Of a stretch of DNA of 64,000 bases, positions 15,833-29,234 are shown one piece after another; the stretch's first letter is position 1; each line of letters begins with the position of its first letter. Origin of the DNA: Eledone cirrhosa (taxonomy: Eukaryota); NCBI GenBank assembly GCA_964016885.1, contig CAXHJY010001412.1:1-64000 (forward strand), read 5' to 3'. Both the position numbers and the translations under genes were made by a program. The notes below the pieces were generated by a model. That model searched no databases and was not told where the DNA came from. It was given only the letters and a program-made list of their open reading frames with translations.

Positions 15833-18800
15833 ATTGAAAGACACCAGTCAATGTGTATTAGTCTATTGAAAGACACCAGTCAATGTGTATTAGTCTATTG
15901 AAAGACACCAGTCAATGTGTATTAGTCTATTGAAAGACACCAGTTAATGTGTATTAGTCAATTGAAAGACACCAGTCAATGTGTATTAGTCAATTGAAAG
16001 ACACCAGTCAATGTGTATTAGTCTATTGAAAGACACCAGTCAATGTGTATTAGTCTATTGAAAGACACCAGTCAATGTGTATTAGTCTATTGAAAGACAC
16101 CAGTGAATGTGTATTAGTCTATTGAAAGACACCAGTGAATGTGTATTAGTCAATTGAAAGACACCAGTGAATGTGTATTAGTCTATTGAAAGACACCAGT
16201 GAATGTGAATTAGTCTATTGAAAGACACCAGTCAATGTGAATTAGTCTATTGAAAGACACCAGTCAATGTGAATTAGTCTATTGAAAGACACCAGTCAAT
16301 GTGTATTAGTCTATTGAAAGACACCAGTTCATGTGTATTAGTCTATTGAAAGACACCAGTCAATGTGTATTAGTCTATTGAAAGACACCAGTCAATGTGT
16401 ATTAGTCTATTGAAAGACACCAGTCAATGTGTATTAGTCTATTGAAAGACACCAGTTAATGTGTATTAGTCAATTGAAAGACACCAGTCAATGTGTATTA
16501 GTCTATTGAAAGACACCAGTGAATGTGTATTAGTCTATTGAAAGACACCAGTCAATGTGTATTAGTCTATTGAAAGACACCAGTGAATGTGTATTAGTCA
16601 ATTGAAAGACACCAGTGAATGTGTATTAGTCAATTGAAAGACACCAGTGAATGTGAATTAGTCTATTGAAAGACACCGGTCAATGTGTATTAGTCTATTG
16701 AAAGACACCAGTCAATGTGAATTAGTCTATTGAAAGACACCAGTCAATGTGCATTAGTCTATTGAAAGACACCGTCAATGTGTATTAGTCTATTGAAAGA
16801 CACCAGTCAATGTGTATTAGTCTATTGAAAGACACCAGTCAATGTGTATTAGTCTATTGAAAGACACCAGTCAATGTGAATTAGTCTATTGAAAGACACC
16901 AGTCAATGTGTATTAGTCAATTGAAAGACACCAGTCAATGTGTATTAGTCTATTGAAAGACACCAGTGAATGTGTATTAGTCTATTGAAAGACACCAGTC
17001 AATGTGAAATAGTCTATTGAAAGACACCAGTGAATGTGTATTAGTCTATTGAAAGACACCAGTGAATGTGTATTAGTCTATTGAAAGACACCAGTCAATG
17101 TGTATTAGTCTATTGAAAGACACCAGTCAATGTGTATTAGTCTATTGAAAGACACCAGTCAATGTGTATTAGTCTATTGAAAGACACCAGTGAATGTGTA
17201 TTAGTCAATTGAAAGACACCAGTGAATGTGTATTAGTCAATTGAAAGACACCAGTGAATGTGAATTAGTCTATTGAAAGACACCGGTCAATGTGTATTAG
17301 TCTATTGAAAGACACCAGTCAATGTGAATTAGTCTATTGAAAGACACCAGTCAATGTGCATTAGTCTATTGAAAGACACCGTCAATGTGTATTAGTCTAT
17401 TGAAAGACACCAGTCAATGTGTATTAGTGTATTGAAAGACACCAGTCAATGTGTATTAGTCTATTGAAAGACACCAGTCAATGTGAATTAGTCTATTGAA
17501 AGACACCAGTCAATGTGTATTAGTCAATTGAAAGACACCAGTCAATGTGTATTAGTCTATTGAAAGACACCAGTCAATGTGTATTAGTCTATTGAAAGAC
17601 ACCAGTCAATGTGAAATAGTCTATTGAAAGACACCAGTGAATGTGTATTAGTCTATTGAAAGACACCAGTGAATGTGAATTAGTCTATTGAAAGACACCA
17701 GTCAATGTGAATTAGTCTATTGAAAGGCACCAGTCAATGTGAATTAGTCTATTGAAAGACACCAGTCAATGTGTATTAGTCTATTGAAAGACACCAGTGA
17801 ATGTGAATTAGTCTATTGAAAGACACCAGTCAATGTGAATTAGTCTATTGAAAGACACCAGTCAATGTGTATTAGTCTATTGAAAGACACCAGTCAATGT
17901 GAATTAGTCTATTGAAAGACACCAGTCAATGTGAATTAGTCTATTGAAAGACACCAGTCAATGTGTATTAGTCTATTGAAAGACACCAGTCAATGTGTAT
18001 TAGTCTATTGAAAGACACCAGTCAATGTGCATTAGTCTATTGAAAGACACCAGTGAATGTGTATTAGTCTATTGAAAGACACCAGTCAATGTGTATTAGT
18101 CTATTGAAAGACACCAGTCAATGTGAATTAGTCTATTGAAAGACACCAGTCAATGTGTATTAGTCTATTGAAAGACACCAGTCAATGTGTATTAGTCTAT
18201 TGAAAGACACCAGTCAATGTGTATTAGTCTATTGAAAGACACCAGTGAATGTGTATTAGTCAATTGAAAGACACCAGTGAATGTGTATTAGTCAATTGAA
18301 AGACACCAGTGAATGTGAATTAGTCTATTGAAAGACACCGGTCAATGTGTATTAGTCTATTGAAAGACACCAGTCAATGTGAATTAGTCTATTGAAAGAC
18401 ACCAGTCAATGTGCATTAGTCTATTGAAAGACACCGTCAATGTGTATTAGTCTATTGAAAGACACCAGTCAATGTGTATTAGTCTATTGAAAGACACCAG
18501 TCAATGTGTATTAGTCTATTGAAAGACACCAGTCAATGTGTATTAGTCTATTGAAAGACACCAGTCAATGTGAATTAGTCTATTGAAAGACACCAGTCAA
18601 TGTGTATTAGTCAATTGAAAGACACCAGTCAATGTGTATTAGTCTATTGAAAGACACCAGTGAATGTGTATTAGTCTATTGAAAGACACCAGTCAATGTG
18701 AAATAGTCTATTGAAAGACACCAGTGAATGTGTATTAGTCTATTGAAAGACACCAGTCAATGTGTATTAGTCTATTGAAAGACACCAGTCAATGTGTATT

Positions 18801-21800
18801 AGTCTATTGAAAGACACCAGTCAATGTGTATTAGTCTATTGAAAGACACCAGTCAATGTGTATTAGTCTATTGAAAGACACCAGTGAATGTGTATTAGTC
18901 AATTGAAAGACACCAGTGAATGTGTATTAGTCAATTGAAAGACACCAGTGAATGTGAATTAGTCTATTGAAAGACACCGGTCAATGTGTATTAGTCTATT
19001 GAAAGACACCAGTCAATGTGAATTAGTCTATTGAAAGACACCAGTCAATGTGCATTAGTCTATTGAAAGACACCGTCAATGTGTATTAGTCTATTGAAAG
19101 ACACCAGTCAATGTGTATTAGTCTATTGAAAGACACCAGTCAATGTGTATTAGTCTATTGAAAGACACCAGTCAATGTGAATTAGTCTATTGAAAGACAC
19201 CAGTCAATGTGTATTAGTCAATTGAAAGACACCAGTCAATGTGTATTAGTCTATTGAAAGACACCAGTCAATGTGTATTAGTCTATTGAAAGACACCAGT
19301 CAATGTGAAATAGTCTATTGAAAGACACCAGTGAATGTGTATTAGTCTATTGAAAGACACCAGTGAATGTGAATTAGTCTATTGAAAGACACCAGTCAAT
19401 GTGAATTAGTCTATTGAAAGGCACCAGTCAATGTGAATTAGTCTATTGAAAGACACCAGTCAATGTGTATTAGTCTATTGAAAGACACCAGTGAATGTGA
19501 ATTAGTCTATTGAAAGACACCAGTCAATGTGAATTAGTCTATTGAAAGACACCAGTCAATGTGTATTAGTCTATTGAAAGACACCAGTCAATGTGAATTA
19601 GTCTATTGAAAGACACCAGTCAATGTGAATTAGTCTATTGAAAGACACCAGTCAATGTGTATTAGTCTATTGAAAGACACCAGTCAATGTGTATTAGTCT
19701 ATTGAAAGACACCAGTCAATGTGCATTAGTCTATTGAAAGACACCAGTGAATGTGTATTAGTCTATTGAAAGACACCAGTCAATGTGTATTAGTTTATTG
19801 AAAGACACCAGTCAATGTGAATTAGTCTATTGAAAGACACCAGTCAATGTGTATTAGTCTATTGAAAGACACCAGACAATGTGAATTAGTCTATTGAAAG
19901 ACACCAGTCAATGTGTATTAGTCTATTGAAAGACACCAGTCAATGTGTATTAGTCTATTGAAAGACACCAGTCAATGTGAATTAGTCTATTGAAAGACAC
20001 CAGTCAATGTGTATTAGTCTATTGAAAGACACCAGTCAATGTGAATTAGTCTATTGAAAGACACCAGTCAATGTGTATTAGTCTATTGAAAGACACCAGT
20101 CAATGTGTATTAGTCTATTGAAAGACACCAGTCAATGTGTATTAGTCTATTGAAAGACACCAGTCAATGTGTATTAGTCTATTGAAAGACACCAGTCAAT
20201 GTGTATTAGTCTATTGAAAGACACCAGTCAATGTGTATTAGTCTATTGAAAGACACCAGTCAATGTGTATTAGTCTATTGAAAGACACCAGTCAATGTGA
20301 ATCAGTCTATTGAAAGACACCAGTTCATGTGAATTAGTCTATTGAAAGACACCAGTCAATGTGTATTAGTCTATTGAAAGACACCAGTCAATGTGTATTA
20401 GTCTATTGAAAGACACCAGTCAATGTGAATTAGTCTATTGAAAGACACCAGTCAATGTGAATTAGTCTATTGAAAGACACCAGTCAATGTGAATTAGTCT
20501 ATTGAAAGACACCAGTCAATGTGTATTAGTCTATCGAAAGACACCAGTCAATGTGTATTAGTCTATTGAAAGACACCAGTCAATGTGTATTAGTCTATTG
20601 AAAGACACCAGTCAATGTGTATTAGTCTATTAAAAGACACCAGTCAATGTGAATTAGTCTATTGAAAGACACCAGTCAATGTGTATTAGTCTATTGAAAG
20701 AGACCAGTCAATGTGTATTAGTCTATTGAAAGACACCAGTCCATGTGCATTAGTCTATTGAAAGACACCAGTCAATGTGTATTAGTCTATTGAAAGACAC
20801 CAGTCAATGTGAATTAGTCTATTGAAAGACACCAGTCAATGTGAATTAGTCTATTGAAAGACACCAGTCAATGTGTATTAGTCTATTGAAAGACACCGTC
20901 AATGTGTATTAGTCTATTGAAAGACACCAGTCAATGTGTATTAGTCTATTGAAAGACACCAGTCAATGTGTATTAGTCTATTGAAAGACACCAGTCAATG
21001 TGTATTAGTCTATTGAAAGACACCAGTCAATGTGAATTAGTCTATTGAAAGACACCAGTCAATGTGTATTAGTCAATTGAAAGACACCAGTCAATGTGTA
21101 TTAGTCTATTGAAAGACACCAGTCAATGTGTATTAGTCTATTGAAAGACACCAGTCAAAGTGAAATAGTCTATTGAAAGACACCAGTGAATGTGTATTAG
21201 TCAATTGAAAGACACCAGTCAATGTGTATTAGTCTATTGAAAGACACCAGTGAATGTGTATTAGTCTATTGAAAGACACCAGTCAATGTGTATTAGTCAA
21301 TTGAAAGACACCAGTCAATGTGCATTAGTCTATTGAAAGACACCAGTGAATGTGTATTAGTCTATTGAAAGACACCAGTCAATGTGCATTAGTCTATTGA
21401 AAGACACCAGTCAATGTGAATTAGTCTATTGAAAGACACCAGTCAATGTGAATTAGTCTATTGAAAGACACCAGTGAATGTGTATTAGTCTATTGAAAGA
21501 CACCAGTGAATGTGTATTAGTCTATTGAAAGACACCAGTCAATGTGAATTAGTCTATTGAAAGACACCAGTCAATGTGTATTAGTCTATTGAAAGACACC
21601 AGTCAATGTGAATTAGTCTATTGAAAGACACCAGTCAATGTGAATTAGTCTATTGAAAGACACCAGTCAATGTGAATTAGTCTATTGAAAGACACCAGTC
21701 AATGTGTATTAGTCTATTGAAAGACACCAGTCAATGTGTATTAGTCTATTAAAAGACACCAGTCAATGTGAATTAGTCTATTGAAAGACACCAGTCAATG

Positions 21801-22590
21801 TGTATTAGTCTATTGAAAGAGACCAGTCAATGTGTATTAGTCTATTGAAAGAGACCAGTCAATGTGTATTAGTCTATTGAAAGACACCAGTCCATGTGCA
21901 TTAGTCTATTGAAAGACACCAGTCAATGTGTATTAGTCTATTGAAAGACACCAGTCAATGTGAATTAGTCTATTGAAAGACACCAGTCAATGTGAATTAG
22001 TCTATTGAAAGACACCAGTCAATGTGAATTAGTCTATTGAAAGACACCAGTCAATGTGAATTAGTCTATTGAAAGACACCAGTCAATGTGCATTAGTCTA
22101 TTGAAAGACACCAGTCAATGTGCATTAGTCTATTGAAAGACACCAGTCAATGTGCATTAGTCTATTGAAAGACACCAGTCAATGTGAATTAGTCTATTGA
22201 AAGACACCAGTCAATGTGTATTAGTCTATTGAAAGACACCAGTGAATGTGTATTAGTCTATTGAAAGACACCAGTCAATGTGTATTAGTCTATTGAAAGA
22301 CACCAGTCAATGTGAATTAGTCTATTGAAAGACACCAGTCAATGTGCATTAGTCTATTGAAAGACACCAGTCAATGTGAATTAGTCTATTGAAAGACACC
22401 AGTCAATGTGCATTAGTCTATTGAAAGACACCAGTCAATGTGCATTAGTCTATTGAAAGACACCAGTCAATGTGCATTAGTCTATTGAAAGACACCAGTC
22501 AATGTGTATTAGTCTATTGAAAGACACCAGTCAATGTGTATTAGTCTATTGAAAGACACCAGTCAATGTGTATTAGTCTATTGAAAGACA
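15833..22590. repeat. 32-bp tandem satellite, about 211 copies, consensus ATTGAAAGACACCAGTCAATGTGTATTAGTCT
   Basis: 32-bp period visible directly (15833, 15865, ...) over 6758 bp; only point variants and a few 1-bp deletions, no spacers. Confidence 0.99.
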
Positions 22591-23291
22591 ATTAAAATTC
22601 ATCATCATCTGTATATTTGAAAAAAATAGAGGAAAAAAAAAAATTAAATAATGAAAGTAAGAGAAAAGGAGGCAGGAGCAGCAGTCTGTGTGTGTTCGTG
22701 TCTGAGTCTATGTGTGTTTGTATTCTGTCTTTGTTCACTAGTGTGTGTTTATGTGAACTCAGAATGTAAATTACAAGGAGACTGAATGAAATATTCCTGG
22801 AGCATGGCTCTGTGGACAAGCTGCTGAAGGACATGCTCAGTAAGTGGAATATAAACCATTTCTTCAGAACTGCATATTTCAAATTGGATTGTGAAGAGAC
22901 ACAATTGAACAATGAAGGCCTGAAAAGAGACACATCTTACCAGGACAGGATGAGAAGTTGGTGCCACAAACAGCCATATTCAGGTATGAATGTCCAATAT
23001 CCAAGTACAGCACAACAGTGACTTGATGCTGAGGGAGGGCCTGCATCCATTCAGATCAGGGATGAAGCCTGGATAAAGCCCAAAATGCACACTGCATGTC
23101 GCAATGGCGAAAGGGGACAGTAACAGCTGTGAATTCCCAAAACAATGTGTTCATAGATGTGAGCAGCACTCCAACCCGATGAACATCACAGAAAGAGTGA
23201 TATCTGCCAAGGTGGATGGTGGACTTTGACATGGAATAAGAGTGTGTGAGGGATCTTGAGATCAGGAAAGGGGTTATGGATGGCATCATTC

Positions 23292-25746
23292 AATGTAGAA
23301 GAGAACTGAGAGTTCCTAAAAAATAACTTACTAGAGGCGACGGATGAGATCTGTGGCTGGAGTAAGACCACAAGCAGGAGGAGAGTGACTTGGTGGTGGA
23401 ACAATAAGGTAGATGAGGCAGTTAAGGCCAAGAGACAGGCATGGAAAGAATGGAAGAACGGGGGGAAGCAGGGTACATTACATAGAGACCAAGAGGGAAG
23501 CTAGGCGACAAGTATACTGAGCTAGGAGGGAAGCAGAGGATAGAAAATTCAAGCATGTTTTGCAACGTGAGGACCAGAAACAGGAGGTGTTCAAGATTGC
23601 GAGGCAGTGTGTCAGAGAGAATTGTGATGTCATTGGAGAGAAGTGTATCCGGAATGATAAAGGTGAGCTTGCCCTCACAAGTGCTGAGAAGAAAGATGCA
23701 TGGAAGAGTCATTATGATAGATTACTAAATGAGGAGAATGCATGGGAAGAAGAGACCCTACCCCAAGTAGACCCTATAGAGGGGCCAGCAGTACAAGTCA
23801 GCAGCAGCATAGTAAGTAAGGCAATCAAAGATATGAAGATGGGGAAGGCAACCGGTCCATCGGGTATAGCTGCCGAGATGCTGAAGGCATCTGGGTCTGT
23901 AGGTCACACTATAACCACACGTATTGTTAACCAAGTAATACTAGAAGGTGTCATACCAAAAGATTGGTGCAGTAGCATCATTGTCAACTGCTACAAAGGT
24001 AAAGGTGATGCACTAGATAGAGGAAACTATAGAGGTATAAAGCTGATGGACCAGGTCATGAAAGTAACAGAAAGAGTTATAGCACAGTTGATTAGGGACC
24101 GGGTGAAACCAGACGAGATGCAATTTGGGTTTGTACCAGGAAGAGGCACCACTGATGCCCTCTTCCTTGTCAGGCAGTTACAGGAAAAGTACCTAGCTAA
24201 AAGTAAGCCACTCTACTTGGCATTTGTCGATCTTGAGAAAGCCTTTGACAGAGTTCCACGTGCTGTAATCTGGTGGGCTCTTAGAAAACTAGGAGTAGAT
24301 GAATGGCTTGTGAAAGCGGTACAAGCCATGTATAGGGGAGCAGTCAGCAAAGTTAGGATTAGCAATGAGTATAGCGAGGAATTTAGCGTACAGGTTGGGG
24401 TACACCAGGGCTCTGTTCTTAGCCCCCTCCTGTTCATCATAGTCCTGCAGGCAATAACGGAGGAGTTTAAGACCGGATGCCCATGGGAACTCCTGTATGC
24501 TGATGACCTCGCACTTATAGCTGAATCTATGGTAGAACTAGGAAGAAATTCCAAACTTGGAAGTAGGGACTAGAAAGAAAGGGTCTCAAAGTCAACATGA
24601 CAAAGACTAAGGTCCTTGTAAGTAGACGAGAAAACAGAACCCAGATCCCCTCAGGGAAATGGCCTTGCTCAGTATGTAGGAAAGGTGTAGGTAGGAACTC
24701 CATTCTCTGCCCCAAATGCAAACAATGGGTACACAAGAGATGTAGCGGGATCTCAGGAAGCTTAATTAAGAATGTAGGCTTCACATGCAGCAGCTGTGCT
24801 GGGACAGCAAGCAGCCACAGGAAACAAGCACCACCAATCTCTGGGAGGGCTCTGTAGAAACAGTAGACAGCTTCTGCTACGTAGATGACTGAATTAGCAG
24901 CGGAGGTGGGTGTTCAGAAAGTACAATAACTAGGGTAAGAACGGGATGGAAGAAGTTTAGGGAACTACTACCACTGCTAGCTGCAAAAGGCTTCTCCCTC
25001 AGAATGAAAGGCAGACTGTATGATGCGTGTATCCGAACAGCAATGTTACATGGTAGTGAGACCTGGGCGCTGAAGGTGGAAGACTTACGTAGATTAGAGA
25101 GAAACGAAGCCTGCATGCTCCGATGGATGTGTAATAGTAATATACGCGAACGACAAAGCATAAATGAATTGAGAGAGAGACTGAGCATAAGAGGAATCAA
25201 ATGCTGTGTGCAGGAGAGGCGGTTGCGTTGGTATAGACATGTGACGCGTATGAAGGATGACAGCTGCATAAAAAGGTGCAGAGCACTAGAAGTCGATGGA
25301 AACCGCGGAGTGGGGGGACCCAAGATGAGGTGATAAAAGCCGACCCTACCCAATTACACCTCTCAAAGGCGATAACACACGACCGTGACCTCTGGCGTCA
25401 CGCAGTAATACAGAGTACCTGACCTCCCATGGGTACAAGCTGAAGCATATAGACAATATGCCCCCACACCCCCCACTGCAAGGTGGTCGTGGAGGTGCCA
25501 CGGCAAAAAAGCACCCAGCCCACACTGTAAAGTGGATGTGTAGGCGCCACGGAAAAGCACCCAGCACTCACTGTAAATGAGGTTGGTGTTAGGAAGGGCA
25601 TCCAGCTGTAGAAACCAAGCCAAATCAGTTCCTGTATGAGCAAGGCATGGTCAGCCGACCAGACACTGCCCACAACAGGACAACCCGTCTAACCCATGCT
25701 AGCGTGGAAGAACGGACGTAAAACGGTGATGATGATGATGATGATG
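23292..25746 (+). mobile_element. 5'-truncated RTE-clade LINE (RT with embedded PHD-like finger), frameshifted
   Basis: ORFs 23560-24573 (QFGF, FVDLEKAFDRV, GVHQGSVLSPLLF, LLYADD), 24597-24857 and 25004-25333 (LHGSETW, RLRWY); (GAT)n tail at ~25728-25746. Confidence 0.95.
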
Positions 25747-26208
25747 CTGCTGGATGAGGCAGGAGGATTGTAGTAGACTAGTATCGGGCCTCTTTCTTGG
25801 CAGCTAGCAGACATATTTTAATGAGTTCTTTGGAACCCCAAAATGTCTGGCCATAGTTTGTATGAGCTGAGTTTGTGGATTACACTACTAGATAACAGGG
25901 TCATGTCCCCCCCCCCCCATTCGCATCTTAGCAGTGATGCCCTCAAACCCTTCTGTGGTGAGGGAGATGTGGTTTCCTAGATTTTAAAAAAAATCAAGGT
26001 GTTGGTGAGGATGCAAGACACATTCACTTTTCTTCCTTTTAATATTTACCAGACAGCTAGCAGCCATTACCTGGAAAATAATGTTCTATTGTAAAAAGGA
26101 AGTTTCTATGTTACAAATAATATATTGTTCCTGATATAAATTCATGAAGAATTACCATAATTTTCATTCAACAAAGTGGTGACTAATTCAGTGCATTATT
26201 TCCTATTA

Positions 26209-26393
26209 GGGTGGTGAATTGGCAGTATCGGTAGAGGGTTGGACGCCATGCTTTCTAGCATAGTTACGTCCCTTTACATTCTGAGTTCAAATCCCACCGA
26301 GGTTAACTTTGCCTTTCATCCTTACGGGGTCGATAAAATAAAGTACCAGTAATGTACTGGGTAATTGCTGGCCTTGTGCCTTAAGTAGAAACA
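26209..26393 (+). mobile_element. tRNA-headed SINE, family 1 (Nin/Deu-like core)
   Basis: B-box-like GAGTTCAAATCC; core TTTGCCTTTCATCCTTACGGGGTCGATAAAATAAAGTACC; 14-bp TSD ATTATTTCCTATTA at 26195 and 26394; at least seven further copies in the window. Confidence 0.85.
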
Positions 26394-26545
26394 ATTATTT
26401 CCTATTAAACGGCATGTATAACATTTATGTGTGTTGGTGGTTATAACACCTTTAATTGGATGGTCACGGTTGGAACAGCACAAAAAAAAAGATGGAGAAT
26501 CACCCATTGAAGTATTATCAAATTATATATATATATATATATATA

Positions 26546-26880
26546 AAAGGGATAAAGAACCCCTTTGATCACGATTGGCCATGCGTTTTTGTACCTAGAA
26601 AATTCTCAGAGGTACAAGCCTAGGCAAGGTTTTTTTTTGTGGAAGACCAGCAGTTGTCCATGCATACCAGTCTCCTCTCTCCATGCCACCCATATTTTCC
26701 AAGACAAAGGCTGATACAGCTTGGCAGCAGTGACGTAACTTATTTTTGCAGTTGATTGAACTGGAGCAACATGAAATAAAGTGTCTTGCTCAAGGATACC
26801 ACACACTGCCCGCTCCAGGCCTAATTGAACTCATGATTGTGAATCCATCACTCTAATGCCTAAGCCACATGCCTTCACAC
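26546..26880 (-). mobile_element. Degenerate tRNA-derived SINE, family 2
   Basis: Minus strand starts GTGAAGGCATGTGGCTTAG and contains the SINE core-like motif CCTTGAGCAAGACACTTTATTTCATGTTGCTCCAGTTC, related to 49078-49300. Confidence 0.6.
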
Positions 26881-26894
26881 ATATATATCATCAA

Positions 26895-28480
26895 CATCAC
26901 TTTATATTTACTTTCCATGCTGGGTTTGACGAGTTATGATTTAAGATTAAATAAATTGTAGAGACTTCATTTGTTACATACATTCCATATTTGGCATGGT
27001 ATCTATGTCCTTCCTTTACAGAATGCACTGGGTCTATTTTATCATGACACCAGCACTCACACTTTACAGAGTGTACTGGGTGTATTTTATTTGGGCACCA
27101 GCACTAGAGAGGTTGTAATATGCTAGGTCAGACTGGCGAATCCTCTCTTCCGATTGTTTACCACTTTACAGAGTGTACTGGGTGCACTCCATCGTGGCAC
27201 CAACACTAGAGAGGTTATTAGGTACTTTACAAGGCCAGAGAGTCTTCACCATTCTGGTGTCTCAGTCTGTTCACCCATCACTTTATGGAATGAGTGGGTA
27301 TAGAGTATTCCATTGTGATACTGCCACTTTGGAGACTGACTCATTCTCTGTACAGTGACACCACATTTATTTTTAGCATTGCTGCTTGCGCTGATGGCTG
27401 CGTCTTTTGTATTATGGCTTATTTGCCAGTCTGCTCTGTCCTGTATCATCTTCTTCAGGTTCAGACTCTTGAAGTCATTCTTCACATCTATCTACCTATA
27501 TGTGTATGTGTCCCTAGTTTAGAATAGTTACCCTGTATCCTGGTGTGTCATAAAAAGCGATTAAAAGGGTTAGTGTCAGGAAGAGCTGTAAAGTATTGCC
27601 TCAAAAAGTCCTGTCTAACCCATTCTATTTCCAGTTTTTCTCGTAATTCATCTGTGCTTAGTAATTCATACACACTAATGTTATATATCCAGTGGAACTT
27701 CTTTAATTTGTTTCTTAATCTTTGCACATTCTCTGCATTCACTGTCCATGTCTCGCTACCAGGCAACATTGCACATTGTTCATTGCTATGATACAATCTA
27801 CGCTTTGCATGAAGAGAGAATCCTTTCCAGCAGAGATAGTAACTCCCTCAACATTTTCCACCTTGTTCTATTTTATGACTAATATACTTTTGAAGCAGCT
27901 ACCCCCACTGTGTATTATCAAGATAACACAACTTATGCTGACTGTTCATTACTCTTGTGTCACATACAAAGTTTACCTTCTCAGCTTATCTTTGATCTTA
28001 CTACACCTCTTATGTACCCATAGTTTACAATAAGTACACCACGTGGAATTCTTACCTAATCTTTTTCTATTAATCACAGCCTTGATGTCAGTCGTGTCCT
28101 CACCTCTTTCCTACTAAAATGTTACTCAATAAAGTTAAAGATCTTCCATAGATCTGGGTGTAAGAACTAGATCATTAACATTCACAAGTTGCCACAGACA
28201 ACCTGTAATTGCCTGGAAAACTGTAATAAACAAGAGGGGCTGAAAATGAAGCCTTGAAGGACACCTATCTGCACACTGAACCCATTATCAACTCTCACTT
28301 TACATCACTGCACATAGCTTGCCATTCATCTTTTTAAATACAAGGTAAAAAGAGTATTGTACCCAATTAAAGGCCTTCTCCAAATCAATACTATGTACAG
28401 TGGTTTATACTTAACTAAGAACTGTTCTTGCAACTGTTTCCCAATGAAGAAGGCATCAATAACAGTCCAACTTGGCTTAA
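26895..28480 (-). mobile_element. Old, heavily decayed RTE LINE
   Basis: Remnant peptides AMLPGSETWTVNAENVQRL and QLQEQFLVKYKPLYIVL, plus RTE-type 3' UTR repeats; boundaries approximate. Confidence 0.7.
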
Positions 28481-28794
28481 ATCTGAACTGTATATGTGTG
28501 TGTGTCTGCATGAACATGAATAAACATCCATGGATGAGTTGAGAAAAGAACTGGGCCTCAAGGAATAAAATACAATGTACAAGAGAGAAGACTGTTAGTA
28601 AGGACATGTGATGTGTATGGATGATGGTTGTTGGGTGAAGAAGTATTAAGTGTTCCCGGTGGAAAAAAGCAGTCAAAGGGGAAAACTGCAAAACACTGAC
28701 ACTCGCAGAAGAGATGAAGGAACACAAGTGAAGAACAGCTGTGGTGGAGAAGACACATGGAAACACACAAAAACAGGCGTGTTTGCATGATGAA

Positions 28795-28935
28795 CTACCA
28801 CACAGTTTCTACCTATCAAATTTCACTCACAAAGTATTAGTCAAACAGAATCTATGGTAGACTTAGCCAAGGTAACTGAAGCTAAAACCATGCGCTTGTT
28901 AAGAGGAATTCTTAACAATGCAGTTATTTCTGCAC
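28795..28935 (-). mobile_element. Degenerate SINE fragment, family 3
   Basis: Reverse-complement similarity to 43947-44100 (TTGTGAGTGAAATTTGATAGGTAGAAACTG). Confidence 0.45.
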
Positions 28936-29234
28936 ATATAAACATATATATCATTATCATCATTTAATGTCCATTTTCCCTACAGGGCTACTGCCCTTCT
29001 AGGCAGACCAAGGACCTGCATCTTGCTTAAATACAGTCCTATCTACTAAGTGCATTTTACCATGACACCAGCACTAGAAATGTTGTTATGCCTTTGACAC
29101 AACTGAAGGGTCCTACAAATCCTTTGTTTGGCAAGTTTTCTGCCTGTGCATGCATGTATGAAAGTTCTAGTTTAAAAGCTACTGAGCCACCATGAAAACA
29201 AAGTACCTGAAATATGTAGATTCTGAGAAATTCA

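Noticed and set aside
15833-22590. CRISPR array (32-bp repeat length)
   Set aside because: Units abut directly with no unique spacers, there are no cas genes, and the context is eukaryotic.
22760-23290. Possible host exon or coding remnant after the satellite
   Set aside because: Short ORFs with no recognisable motif or convincing splice-site pair.
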